Source of the DNA: Oscillospiraceae bacterium
GTDB taxonomy: Bacteria; Bacillota; Clostridia; Oscillospirales; CAG-382
Direction: 5' to 3'
NCBI GenBank assembly: GCA_015064485.1
Contig: SVSD01000001.1
Location: 88,989 to 152,988 of the forward strand
Length of the DNA stretch: 64,000 nt
Each line of letters begins with the position of its first letter. Position 1 is the stretch's first letter. Shown here piece after piece: positions 18,401 to 27,397 of this stretch. The notes below the pieces were generated by a model, which made no database searches, was not told where the DNA came from, and worked only from the letters and a program-made list of their open reading frames with translations. The position numbers and the translations under genes are program-made.

Positions 18401-19531
18401 TGCTGAAATTTCAAACTGGTCAGCTTCACTTACTTCAACTGTCCAATCGGATGAACCGGATTCGGCCTCAAGAATGATGTTTACGGAATCCGCAAGTGCT
18501 ATATCGTTTCTGAAAGAAACAGTAACCTCTTCATTTGCGGGAAGTTTGTATGCGCCGGATTGTGCATAGTCTAAGGTTCCGTCAGCATATTCGATTTCAG
18601 CTATATATCCTGCGTCACAGTCAAGAGAGATATAACCAGCTTTATTTGAAAATTCTACTGCTCCGTTTTCAAGACCGGATGCAACATTTACCCAATAGTA
18701 TTCTTTTTTATCGAAATTTGCGATGTCGATGTCACACATCTGACCGCCTTCTTCAACGATAAATACAAGTGCGCCCTTTGGCTGTAAATATGCTCCGCTG
18801 TTTACCATTTTGTTGATAACACCGTCAGCACCTATTCGAACATTGATATTTCCGCCGACATAAATCGGGCCATATCCGCTTCCGTAATAGTCCTGGGCAA
18901 GGCGAAGGCTTTCAAGAGTTCCGCTGAGAACTTCAACCGTAAGATCACCTGCTATAGATACATCATTTGTTACATATCCGCCGCCCATATATGCATTATT
19001 AACCACGCCGCCGTCTAAAACAAAATACTGGTCGGAATCAAGAGTAGTTTCGGTGGGACCTACATGTATAACCGCTTCGTTTTTAGAGCCGGGGCCAAAT
19101 GTGAGCTTATATCCGTTTGCGGAAATATAACCCCACAATTCATCATGATTAACCGATATATCTTCAAATCTAATATCGTTTTTAAGAATTGTAGACAATC
19201 CGTATTCTCCATTATTGGAAGTTTCAATGCTTGACAGTTCCGCTCCGTCACCCTTAATGGTTATTTCTCCGCCGAAATCGGGAGTATTGCCCGACGGAAG
19301 AACATTGTTGCCGATGACATGAATTGTATCTCCGGCATTTATTTTCGAGAACGCTTTGGCGAAAGTTTTAAGCGCATCGTCTCTCGAAAGACCGCTGTTT
19401 GCGTCATTTCCGTTTTCGTTATCAAGATACACAACAACACTTTCAGCATTTGCAGTTACTGCTGAGAATGTGAATGTAGACAAAACGAACACAATTGCAA
19501 GAATTGTGGATAAAATTCTTTTTGTTTTCAT
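15458..19531 (-). CDS. Very large secreted multidomain surface protein (1357 aa) with beta-helix modules and Listeria-Bacteroides-type repeats
   Basis: Signal peptide ..FSAVTANAES. N-cap motif occurs twice (VVVYLDNENGNDANSGLSRDDALKTFAKA and EFFYVDKETGADYNDGSKENPFKTIRTA). GY(T/K)F..W-type repeats (KLGYTYTKY, YIGYKFTHW, KTGYKFAGW). No LPXTG or dockerin seen. Confidence 0.7.
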   Translation of the reverse strand: MKTKRILSTILAIVFVLSTFTFSAVTANAESVVVYLDNENGNDANSGLSRDDALKTFAKAFSKINAGDTIHVIGNNVLPSGNTPDFGGEITIKGDGAELSSIETSNNGEYGLSTILKNDIRFEDISVNHDELWGYISANGYKLTFGPGSKNEAVIHVGPTETTLDSDQYFVLDGGVVNNAYMGGGYVTNDVSIAGDLTVEVLSGTLESLRLAQDYYGSGYGPIYVGGNINVRIGADGVINKMVNSGAYLQPKGALVFIVEEGGQMCDIDIANFDKKEYYWVNVASGLENGAVEFSNKAGYISLDCDAGYIAEIEYADGTLDYAQSGAYKLPANEEVTVSFRNDIALADSVNIILEAESGSSDWTVEVSEADQFEISAVITNSNGTTDDTVGYYEKYTYDVTLTTKDGFVLPKAYEFKINGLSAYSKDNVGGYRITDHIQNGNTITFTYVADYTEPSADMKKISLVGFADEFDEEVYLVNNVPTTVYLNEGEQYTVPSTPVFAKLGYTYTKYEDQNGAEYEFGAIIAADEISAEGITLVPVWEEEVIYTVNFEPTKNGDPSQIKGSHDDIDILANGFVTIPENNYSYIGYKFTHWFDDNDNEYYPGEIYDVEELFEDGVYNICLYAAWEENALSGEFFYVDKETGADYNDGSKENPFKTIRTALEVLGAGQDATIIVLDEADIKGDLGMANDEQLGNITITGDDEESVLNITGYMLLGSDTVIENIKLNVSSGAYLVTNGHKAVIGPNLENVEGSALLDIIDGDGYGKTVDFVDTTINNNVKIGSYYLGGRNLMDSAQGIAGDVMLTIKGAEINNIDLSPYGDVQATFGGHIIVNVYNSEIGTLKSSLAHYAADSNLATMIFFNDGSMPDVDANLIANLKERNRKVFIIDSGIGGTTGVTSPINYKGKVSVTADGNFEIYNPAEDAMELYTGSQDVAIYNINTGINRVRFGEPIKKQDVVIEGDIGTPVGGAPAATVSVTPATENVKIMVESWNPDVEKSNGMFEYDTLYSANLVIVPDKGYFFDDFYLAPYVEINGISVDAKLGNDGKIRFVYAFTEKTDEAPVLANPITFTKGEGATGTAPYGEEGISVEILGTITLPSASTMAKTGYKFAGWREYINGNSGKLYGALTSYTVPKVDENAVIVFEAEWIKRTSWELPSIVILYDLSIYANDKGRNPVYRSDDAPIVVDNAFANLEHEISGTMKTKTTTFDYENDVTEIKSDNGVNPIKINNWSLDYSWANAGDYKYVTIVYYYKTETEAAKGGYGSLLVGNFKLENGSTSNWIGKNVISMNEVEANKWAAVTFDLSEVVSQSGIPATAIYRQFQFCPIGSLPCYRLPGDTVYLKSMTFSKYAPEVK

Positions 19532-19832
19532 GTGTATTCTCCTTTTCCATAGATAAATAGATTGTCCCGAACGCGATTCTTATAACTAAAAAAAAGGCAG
19601 AGTTATAGCCACAGACTTCGAGAGATCCTCAAGTTTATTATATATCAAGACAAGAAAAAAATCAATAGACAAACCAACATTTTGAGATTATTTTTCATTG
19701 TATTTTAATGGCTTTCCGTCTTTATTTGTGCAATATACACCATTAAATTTTTCTTTTCCGTGCAATTTGACGGCAAGCCAAAAAGCTGTTCACACTATGT
19801 TATTATTTTGCCGATAAAAAACCGAAAAACTA

Positions 19833-19861
19833 TTTACAAACACCAAGCTTTTTGATATAAT
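19833..19861 (+). promoter_or_regulatory. Promoter of the tagA-thyX-tmk group
   Basis: TTTACA (19833-19838), 17-nt spacer, TATAAT (19856-19861). Confidence 0.5.
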
Positions 19862-19916
19862 TTATAATATAATGGAATTGTTATAACTATTTTACCCCTC
19901 TTCGAAAGGATAGATT

Positions 19917-20696
19917 ATGTCACAGGTAACAGTAAAAACAGATATACGCGGAGTTTTGTTCGATAATGTAACAATGGACGAGGCTGCCGCAAAAACAGCC
20001 GAGCTGATAAATTCCGAAGGTCTTGATTATATATTTACCCCGAATTCCGAAATAGTACAGGCCTGTATAGACGACCCTTCGCTGTACGATGCGGTAAACT
20101 CCGCTTCTCTTATCATTCCCGACGGGATCGGAGTTGTTTATGCCTCAAAAATTTTAAAAAGGCCTCTGAAGGAAAAAGTGGCAGGTTTTGACCTTTCAAA
20201 AAGGGTTCTCGATTACGCGGCAAAAAACGGCAAAAAAGTATTTTTCTTCGGTTCATCTCCCGCAAAAGATGATGTCCCTGCCGTATGCGATATCGCCGCA
20301 GAAAAAATCAGAGAGATCTACCCCGGTATCAATATCTGCGGAACAAGACACGGTTATTTTTCCCGGGAAGATACCGATAATATCATCGAAGAGATCAATT
20401 CTTCGGGAGCTGACATTCTTTTTGTATGTCTTGGCGCTCCCAAACAGGAAAAATGGATATACGAAAACCGCGAAAAGCTGAAAGTTTCACTTGCTATGGG
20501 CCTTGGCGGAAGCCTTGATGTTTATGCAGGTACCGTAAAACGGGCTCCCGGCATTTTCATAAAGCTCAACCTTGAATGGTTTTACCGCCTTATAAAACAA
20601 CCAAGCCGTATCGGAAGAATGATGAATCTGCCAAGATTTCTTTTCGGAACGATATTCTTCAAGCTTTCGGGCAAAGACAAGAAAAACACCAAATAA
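19917..20696 (+). CDS. tagA: WecB/TagA/CpsF-family glycosyltransferase
   Basis: ..FTPNSEIV..PDGIGVVYASK..LGAPKQEKW..LEWFYRL.. family signature blocks. Confidence 0.8.
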   Translation: MSQVTVKTDIRGVLFDNVTMDEAAAKTAELINSEGLDYIFTPNSEIVQACIDDPSLYDAVNSASLIIPDGIGVVYASKILKRPLKEKVAGFDLSKRVLDYAAKNGKKVFFFGSSPAKDDVPAVCDIAAEKIREIYPGINICGTRHGYFSREDTDNIIEEINSSGADILFVCLGAPKQEKWIYENREKLKVSLAMGLGGSLDVYAGTVKRAPGIFIKLNLEWFYRLIKQPSRIGRMMNLPRFLFGTIFFKLSGKDKKNTK

Positions 20697-20714
20697 TAAA
20701 GGAGCGTACATAAA

Positions 20715-21482
20715 ATGAAAGTTCAGCTTATAGCCCATACTCCCGATCCCGATAAACTTATCGCCGCTGCGGCTAAACTTTGTTACAGTGCTGTCGGAAC
20801 CGACGAAATAATGGAAGGTCTTACCGAAGAAAAGACCGAAAAATTCATAGATATGCTTTCCTCTCTCGGTCACGAAAGTCCTGTGGAACACGCCACATTC
20901 ACCTTTGCGGTTGAAGGTGTTTCCCGTTCGCTTTTGGCTCAGCTTACACGCCACCGTATCGCTTCTTTCAGCGTACAGAGCCAGAGATATGTGGACAAGG
21001 AAAACTTTGAGTATGTCATCCCCCCTGAGATCGACTGTATCCCCGAAGCAAGAGAGCTTTTTATAAAAGCTATGGATGCAGACAGAGAAACATATAAGGA
21101 ACTCAACCGTATTCTTACGGAAAAGCATACGAAAACAAATCTTGATGCCGGCATGGATGAGAAAAAGGCTAAAACCACAGCTGCAAAAAAAGCGCAGGAA
21201 GATGCAAGATATGTTCTTTCCAATGCTTGCGATACAAAAATAGTTATGACATTCAATGTCCGCTCTCTTTATAATTTCTTCTCACTTCGCTGCTGTTCAA
21301 GAGCTCAGTGGGAAATAAGAGATATGGCATGCGAAATGTTAAGGCTTGTGAAGGAAGTTTCACCCGCACTTTTCAAAAATGCAGGTCCTTCATGCGTCAA
21401 GGGCAAATGTGCAGAAGGTGCTTTTTCCTGCGGCCGTGCGCTTGAAGTTCGTGAAATTATAAGAAACGGCGGTAAAGTTTGA
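20715..21482 (+). CDS. thyX: FAD-dependent thymidylate synthase ThyX
   Basis: ThyX motif TRHRIASFSVQSQRY. Confidence 0.9.
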   Translation: MKVQLIAHTPDPDKLIAAAAKLCYSAVGTDEIMEGLTEEKTEKFIDMLSSLGHESPVEHATFTFAVEGVSRSLLAQLTRHRIASFSVQSQRYVDKENFEYVIPPEIDCIPEARELFIKAMDADRETYKELNRILTEKHTKTNLDAGMDEKKAKTTAAKKAQEDARYVLSNACDTKIVMTFNVRSLYNFFSLRCCSRAQWEIRDMACEMLRLVKEVSPALFKNAGPSCVKGKCAEGAFSCGRALEVREIIRNGGKV

Positions 21483-22171
21483 TGAAAAACCGCAAAAATG
21501 CTTATGTCGTCGCCATCGACGGTACCGACGCTTCGGGAAAAGCAACTCAGACCGCTCTTCTTTCGGAACGCCTTAAAAAAGAAGGATATAAGGTCGTAGA
21601 AATTTCTTATCCCGATTACGATTGCCCCTCCTCAGGACCGGTTAAAATGTATCTTGACGGAATGCTCGGCGAGAATGCGGAAGATACCGACGCATATGCG
21701 GCCTCTGTTCTTTTTGCCGTAGACAGATTTGCCTCATACAGAGCAAATTGGAAAAAGTATTATGACGACGGCGAATATGTAATCCTTTTAAACCGATACA
21801 CTACTGCAAATGCGGTTCATCAGCTTTCTAAAATAGAAGATACTGCCGAAAAAGAAAGGTTTTTGTCCTGGCTTTTCGACTTTGAATACAATCTTTTAAA
21901 GATTCCAGCTCCCGATACTGTAATATATCTCGAAATGCCTACAGATATCACCCTTTCGCTTCTCGAAAAAAGATGCGATGACACGGGGGCAAAAAAAGAT
22001 ATACACGAAAAAGATGCGTCCCACCTTTACAAAAGCCATGCTGCGGCAATATATGCCTGCGAAAAGCTCGGCTGGGACAGAATATGCTGCGGAGAAAACA
22101 AAAAACCCTTTTCAAGAGAGGAAATTCACGAAAAGGTTTATGAAGTATTCAAAAAAGGGCTTGGAAATTAA
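21482..22171 (+). CDS. tmk: Thymidylate (dTMP) kinase-like protein
   Basis: P-loop VVAIDGTDASGKATQ. ATG overlaps the thyX TGA by 1 nt (TGATG). Confidence 0.72.
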   Translation: MKNRKNAYVVAIDGTDASGKATQTALLSERLKKEGYKVVEISYPDYDCPSSGPVKMYLDGMLGENAEDTDAYAASVLFAVDRFASYRANWKKYYDDGEYVILLNRYTTANAVHQLSKIEDTAEKERFLSWLFDFEYNLLKIPAPDTVIYLEMPTDITLSLLEKRCDDTGAKKDIHEKDASHLYKSHAAAIYACEKLGWDRICCGENKKPFSREEIHEKVYEVFKKGLGN

Positions 22172-22279
22172 GTTCTTGCTCTGAAAAAAACGGCATATAT
22201 ATTTTAAAGGCAATATTGCAGACATTTTTTGGATATAATTAAAATAAAGAACTTTTCCGCCGAAAGGATTTTTAATAAA

Positions 22280-22822
22280 ATGGTATATATTTTTCTTGCA
22301 GACGGTTTTGAGGAGATCGAAGCCCTGACACAGATAGACTATTTAAGACGCGCAGGAATTGATGTGGTTTCTGTAGGCGTTACAGGAAAAACCGTCAAAG
22401 GTGCTCATGCAATCGAAGTGGCATCAGATATCACAATCGACAAGCTTGCACTTACAGACGATATTGATATGGTAATCCTGCCCGGAGGAATTCCGGGAGT
22501 CCCGAATCTTGAAGCCTGTGAAAAAGTACTTGATGCAATCGAATATGCTTTCAAAAACGGCAAGTTTATAGCGGCAATATGTGCCGCACCCACCCTTCTT
22601 GCCCGTTATGGATATCTTGAAGGCAAAAATGCCGTTTGTTACCCCGCTATGAAAGACGAAATGTGCGGAGCAAACTATCAGAAAACAAGCGTTGTAAAAG
22701 ACGGTATGATTATCACAGCAGAGGCGGCAGGTGCCTCCGAACAGTTTTCGTTTGAGATCATCAAGGCATTAAAAGGCGAGGATGCCGCTCTTAAAGTAAG
22801 AGAGAGCATCTGCGCAAGATGA
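22280..22822 (+). CDS. DJ-1/PfpI (ThiJ) family protein
   Basis: MVYIFLADGFEEIE.. and nucleophile-elbow AAICAAP. ATG 22280 preferred over the upstream TTG 22229. Confidence 0.75.
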   Translation: MVYIFLADGFEEIEALTQIDYLRRAGIDVVSVGVTGKTVKGAHAIEVASDITIDKLALTDDIDMVILPGGIPGVPNLEACEKVLDAIEYAFKNGKFIAAICAAPTLLARYGYLEGKNAVCYPAMKDEMCGANYQKTSVVKDGMIITAEAAGASEQFSFEIIKALKGEDAALKVRESICAR

Positions 22823-22874
22823 CTTCGTTCTTATCCGTTATTTTTCTTCCCGCCAACAAAGAAAGGACCTTATT

Positions 22875-23456
22875 ATGACCGAAATCCGTACACAAAAGTC
22901 AGAAATGAGAGAAAAGTATCTTGCGGTGCGCCTTGCAATGCCGCAGGAGCAAAAGGATGCCTTTGATAAAAAGATCCATTCAAAGCTCACATCCTCTATC
23001 ACATACCGTCACAGTACAGATATCCTTTTATACGCTTCCGCCAAGGGCGAAGTTGATACCTGGGCAATATTCGAACAGGCAATAAAAGACGGAAAAAAAG
23101 TTGCTTTCCCCTGTTGCAACAACGATAACACAATGACCTTCAGATATGTTACATCAAAAGATCAAATGAAAGAAGCCTCCTTCGGTCTTCTTGAGCCTGA
23201 TAGCGGATGTGAGGAATGTAAAGCGGGTAATTTTTCGCTCCTTATAGTTCCCGGCCTTGTTTATGACAAAAGCGGTTACCGCATAGGCTACGGAAAAGGC
23301 TTTTACGACAGATACCTTTCAACATTTGAAGGAGTTGCCATCGGTCTTTGCTATTCTTCGTTTCTTGTTCCCGAAGTTCCCAGAAGCAGATACGACCGCC
23401 ATGCGGATGTAATAATCACCGAAAAAGGAGTGTATGCAGTAAATGCTCCGAAATGA
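22875..23456 (+). CDS. 5-formyltetrahydrofolate cyclo-ligase
   Basis: 193 aa. ..LLIVPGLVYDKSGYRIGYGKGFYDRYL.. family signature. Confidence 0.78.
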   Translation: MTEIRTQKSEMREKYLAVRLAMPQEQKDAFDKKIHSKLTSSITYRHSTDILLYASAKGEVDTWAIFEQAIKDGKKVAFPCCNNDNTMTFRYVTSKDQMKEASFGLLEPDSGCEECKAGNFSLLIVPGLVYDKSGYRIGYGKGFYDRYLSTFEGVAIGLCYSSFLVPEVPRSRYDRHADVIITEKGVYAVNAPK

Positions 23457-24399
23457 CAGCAATAATACAGGCGGCTTTGTTTCATTTATGAAAAATGCGG
23501 AAAACAACGCTCCTTTGTTATGCCTGTGTGTTATGATAATGATGCTGATCTCAGGGCTTATTATACCTTTCCTTTTCCCCGATTTCGGATCGGCAAGTAT
23601 ATTTATAACCGTCTATTCCCTCTCGTTTTTGCTGCCTGCGGCAGTTTTGGGAATAGTTTTCCGCAAAAAGACCGTATATAATTTTTCAAAGCCGTCAAAA
23701 GGCACATTGAAATTTTCTATTGCCGGTGCATTTCTTCTCATAAGCGCCGCGATCCTTACAAAAAGCATCACTTCGTTTATTACGGGAGGCAGCTCTTCAC
23801 AGACTATTTCGCTTCTTTCGGACGCAGGACTTTTTGAATCGCTCCTATGCTATACAATCCTTCCCGCCGTTCTTGAAGAGATTGTCTTCAGAGGCATTGC
23901 TTTTTCACTCTACCAAAAAACCTGCGGAGGCATCGGCGCTATTTTCGCCACATCTCTTTTTTTCGGAATGGCGCATTTTTCTGAAAAAGAATTCTTTTCG
24001 TATTTTATTTGCGGAATAATTCTCGGCACAGCGGCATACATAACCCGTTCGGTTTTCCCTGTTATAATTTTACATCTTGCAAACAACACCGCAAGTTTCT
24101 TCCTTGAAAATGCAGTTTTCAAGGTTGCTTCGGAATCAAAAAGCGGAATTCTTGCCATCTTTCTTCTGACTGCGGCAACCCTTATTATGCTTTTTTGGTT
24201 TTTGTACGAGCTTGAAGGAGTCTGCAAAAAAAGATACCTTTCGTCACACGACGAAAATGAAGACGGGGACATATGCGAATTATATCCCACCCTCTTACCC
24301 CACGACGGAGATATTATGACATCAATGCTGCGAGTATCCCTTTCCCCTTTGTTTTTGGGCGGAATTTTGATTTTTGTAGTATTTTCCATAGTAGTATAA
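23443..24399 (+). CDS. CPBP-family intramembrane glutamic endopeptidase
   Basis: Polytopic. EEIVFRG, FGMAHF and HLANN motifs. Start uncertain (23443 or ATG 23488). Confidence 0.7.
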   Translation: MLRNDSNNTGGFVSFMKNAENNAPLLCLCVMIMMLISGLIIPFLFPDFGSASIFITVYSLSFLLPAAVLGIVFRKKTVYNFSKPSKGTLKFSIAGAFLLISAAILTKSITSFITGGSSSQTISLLSDAGLFESLLCYTILPAVLEEIVFRGIAFSLYQKTCGGIGAIFATSLFFGMAHFSEKEFFSYFICGIILGTAAYITRSVFPVIILHLANNTASFFLENAVFKVASESKSGILAIFLLTAATLIMLFWFLYELEGVCKKRYLSSHDENEDGDICELYPTLLPHDGDIMTSMLRVSLSPLFLGGILIFVVFSIVV

Positions 24400-24423
24400 C
24401 CTTGCAAAAGGAGAAGTTTAAAA

Positions 24424-25755
24424 ATGTCAGATAACAAAAACAACAAAAACGATTCGTTTGATATAATGAAAAAAAGAAGAAACGCCGCATCTGCTTCCCG
24501 AAACACAGGAAAGATGCATGTTGTGGATTTTGATGAAATAGACCCGGAAAACGCAAAAATAAGAAAGCAAAAACAGCTTAAAAAGACTGCCAAAACAGGC
24601 GGAAGTGCCGCAATAAGCCTTGCAAAGGCTCTTTTATATATTTTGGTTGTATCTCTTGTTTCGGTTATACTTGCAAGTATAATAATCTTTACCTGCAACG
24701 ATATTTTTGCTTTTGTAAAAGATGATGTTTCGGCAACCTTTGAGATTCCTGAAGGAGCGGGAGTTTATGATGTCGCTTATATTCTCAAGGAAAACAAGGT
24801 GATAAAATACCCCTTGGTGTTTACTCTTTACTGCCACAAGGAGTTTTCGGGCTCATCTTATTATACCGGAAAATTCAAGTCCGGCGAACATACTCTTGTT
24901 TTCAGAAATGAAGCGGAAAAAACTCAGCAAAACGAAAATACAGTAAGTTTCATTCAGCTTGAAAAGAGCGAGGACAAGGTTCTTTTGCCCTTAAACTACG
25001 ACCGTATAATCTCCTCCCTTGCCGTTACACAGTACAAAAAGCGAGAAGAGGTCCGTGTGACTGTTCCCGAAGGCTTTACTGTTGATGAGATCATAGATCT
25101 TCTCGTTAAAAACGGCGTCGGCACAAGAGAAAAATACATTGATGTTATAAACAACTACGATTATGATTACAAGTTTGTTGACAACATCAAAGTGTCTTCC
25201 GACAGAAAATACCGTCTTGAGGGCTATCTCTTCCCCGACACATACAATTTCTTTACTGATGAAAGCGAAATTTCGGTTATAAACAAGTTCCTTATGAACT
25301 TTGAGAAAAAATTCGAGGATATATACTACGAAAGAGCAAAAGAACTCGGTTACACAACAGATGAACTTATGATTATCGCTTCCATCCTCGAAAAAGAAGC
25401 AAAATATGCAAAAGATCTTACTATGATGTCGTCTGTATTCCATAACAGACTCAAGAGCAGTTATAAACGCCTTGAATCTGACGCAACAATTCTTTATGTA
25501 AAGGACGATTACAATACAAAAGAAGAAATGCAAAACAGCAAATATAATTCGTATAACACATACGGTTTCATTCCCGGACCTATCTCAAACCCCGGTTTTG
25601 AAGCGATCAGTGCTGCCTTTTATCCCGACAAAACAAACTATATGTATTTCTTCTCGTACAAAGACGGCTCTACCAAGTATTCAAAAACTCTTGACGAGCA
25701 TCAGAATGCAGTAGCAAAAGCAAAATCGGAGGGCACATATGCAACTCAGGAATAA
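24424..25755 (+). CDS. mltG: Endolytic murein transglycosylase MltG (YceG-like)
   Basis: N-terminal TM anchor, then YceG-like LEGYLFPDTY and SILEKEA blocks. Confidence 0.85.
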   Translation: MSDNKNNKNDSFDIMKKRRNAASASRNTGKMHVVDFDEIDPENAKIRKQKQLKKTAKTGGSAAISLAKALLYILVVSLVSVILASIIIFTCNDIFAFVKDDVSATFEIPEGAGVYDVAYILKENKVIKYPLVFTLYCHKEFSGSSYYTGKFKSGEHTLVFRNEAEKTQQNENTVSFIQLEKSEDKVLLPLNYDRIISSLAVTQYKKREEVRVTVPEGFTVDEIIDLLVKNGVGTREKYIDVINNYDYDYKFVDNIKVSSDRKYRLEGYLFPDTYNFFTDESEISVINKFLMNFEKKFEDIYYERAKELGYTTDELMIIASILEKEAKYAKDLTMMSSVFHNRLKSSYKRLESDATILYVKDDYNTKEEMQNSKYNSYNTYGFIPGPISNPGFEAISAAFYPDKTNYMYFFSYKDGSTKYSKTLDEHQNAVAKAKSEGTYATQE

Positions 25756-26989
25756 ACCCGAAATACTTTCGCCCTGCGGAAATTTTGAAAAACTACGCTT
25801 TGCTGTGCGATACGGTGCGGATGCTGTTTATCTTGCGGGAAAACAGTTTGGTATGAGAACGGCTTCCGATAATTTCTCGGACGAAGAGCTCAAAGAAGCA
25901 ATAGATTTTGCACATAGTCACGGAGTAAAAGTATATATAACCGCAAATGTTATGCCCAGGGAAAGCGAACTTGAAGCCTTCGGCGAGTATATTTCTTTCT
26001 TAGGAAAGATAAAGCCCGATGCGATAATCGTCGCAGATCTCGGAGTTCTTTCTCTGGTAAAGGAAAAGGCTCCCGGGCTTGAAATACACATTTCAACGCA
26101 GGCGAATACGGTAAATTCCCGTTCCTGCCGTATGTTTTACGAACTTGGTGCAAAAAGAGTGGTTCTTTCAAGAGAGCTTTCGCTTGAAGAAATCAAAAGA
26201 ATCAGAAGCGAGATCCCCGAAGACCTTGAACTTGAAGCTTTTATTCACGGAGCTATGTGTGTTTCCCATTCGGGGAGATGTCTTTTGTCAAACTTCTTTG
26301 TAGGCAGAGATGCAAACCACGGTGCCTGTGCCCAGCCCTGCAGATGGGAATATCACGGAGACGGGCTTCATGCCGATATATTTGAAGTAAAGCGTCCCGA
26401 TATACATCTGTCGGCACTTGAAAACGAAAGAGGAACTTTTATTTTTTCATCAAAGGATATGTGTATGATAGAACATATCCCCGAGCTTGTTGATGCGGGT
26501 ATCAACAGTTTCAAGATCGAGGGCAGGGTTAAAAGTGCGTACTATACCGCAATTACAACAAATGCATACAGAACAGAGCTTGATAAATACTTTGCAGACC
26601 CCGAAGGTTATTCTTTTGACGGCACAGCCTTAACCGAGCTTGAAAGCGTAAGCCACAGAGAATACTGCACAGGATACTTTTTCGACCATCCGATGCAGAA
26701 TGCACAAATAACAAAAAACGGCGGGTACATAAAAGAAAAAGCTTTTCTTGCAACAGTTGAGCGCTTTGATGCAGAAACAGGAAGAGCATATCTTATACAG
26801 CGAAACAAAGCCGTCTGCGGTGACGAAGCTGAGATCATAACTCCCGGCGGATGCGCAAGAAAATTCATTCTTGAGGATATGCAAAACGAAAAAGGCGAAC
26901 CTATCGAATCCGCCCCTCATCCCCAGATGATTTTTTCTGTTAAAATGCCCTTTGATGTTAAAGTCGGAGATATAATCAGAGGAAAATAA
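25739..26989 (+). CDS. Peptidase U32 family protein
   Basis: KPEILSPCGNFEKLRFAVRYGADAVYLAG.. and ..EAFIHGAMCVSHSGRCLLS.. U32 signature. Confidence 0.8.
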   Translation: MQLRNKPEILSPCGNFEKLRFAVRYGADAVYLAGKQFGMRTASDNFSDEELKEAIDFAHSHGVKVYITANVMPRESELEAFGEYISFLGKIKPDAIIVADLGVLSLVKEKAPGLEIHISTQANTVNSRSCRMFYELGAKRVVLSRELSLEEIKRIRSEIPEDLELEAFIHGAMCVSHSGRCLLSNFFVGRDANHGACAQPCRWEYHGDGLHADIFEVKRPDIHLSALENERGTFIFSSKDMCMIEHIPELVDAGINSFKIEGRVKSAYYTAITTNAYRTELDKYFADPEGYSFDGTALTELESVSHREYCTGYFFDHPMQNAQITKNGGYIKEKAFLATVERFDAETGRAYLIQRNKAVCGDEAEIITPGGCARKFILEDMQNEKGEPIESAPHPQMIFSVKMPFDVKVGDIIRGK

Positions 26990-27003
26990 AAAGTTAAAAA
27001 CGC

Positions 27004-27040
27004 AAAAACAGACCAAAAGCAGTTGCTTTGGTCTGTTTTA
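27004..27040 (+). terminator. Terminator of the U32 peptidase gene
   Basis: aaacagaccaaaagc / gctttggtctgttt stem plus T-run. Confidence 0.75.
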
Positions 27041-27122
27041 CTATGATATGGTTGGAGCGTACTTTTCGGTTTTTATAATACCATTCTTTCGGCGGCGAAA
27101 GCCTTCTCAGGCATCACATCCT

Positions 27123-27197
27123 TTGCCTTTAGCATACGAATAACAAAAAGGAGCACCTTTCGGTACTCCTTTTTGTTATGGCGCGCTGCAAGGGACT
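27123..27197 (-). repeat. Distal copy of 75-bp direct repeat: tRNA-Arg(ACG) last 19 nt + its terminator + 18 nt
   Basis: Identical base-for-base to 27323..27397 by eye. Offset exactly 200 bp. Confidence 0.9.
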
Positions 27198-27322
27198 AGT
27201 CTTCGCCTTCGGCTCATCCTCCCTGCTTGTAAATGCTTCGCATTTCCTTCGCACCGCTCGCTACAAAACAGCCGTTTAGGCTGTTTTGCTTTACGCTCTC
27301 GCCCTCTCAGTGTTCGAGTCCC
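27198..27322 (-). repeat. 125-bp insert between the two tRNA-Arg 3'-end copies (repeat family B)
   Basis: Read in tRNA sense it starts gggactcgaacactgagagggc, which is the reverse complement of the host T arm. It contains the hairpin aaaacagcc-taaac-ggctgtttt. Homologous to 47132..47245. Confidence 0.8.
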
Positions 27323-27397
27323 TTGCCTTTAGCATACGAATAACAAAAAGGAGCACCTTTCGGTACTCCTTTTTGTTATGGCGCGCTGCAAGGGACT
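27323..27397 (-). repeat. Proximal copy of the 75-bp direct repeat (includes the functional tRNA 3' end and terminator 27341..27378)
   Basis: See 27123..27197. Minus-strand terminator ggagtacc-GAAA-ggtgctcc plus T-run. Confidence 0.9.

Noticed and set aside
23910-24698. Long antisense ORFs (for example 23910..24698, 389..1063, 13268..13861, 33566..34339, 35312..35980, 36759..37349, 43229..43795, 53708..54184)
   Set aside because: They lie opposite strongly supported genes, have no family resemblance or RBS, and are the shadow ORFs expected in this composition.
27179-27197. Calling the distal tRNA-Arg fragment a pseudo-tRNA gene
   Set aside because: Only the last 19 nt of the tRNA are present, with no 5' half, D arm or anticodon arm. 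It is better described as a direct repeat.
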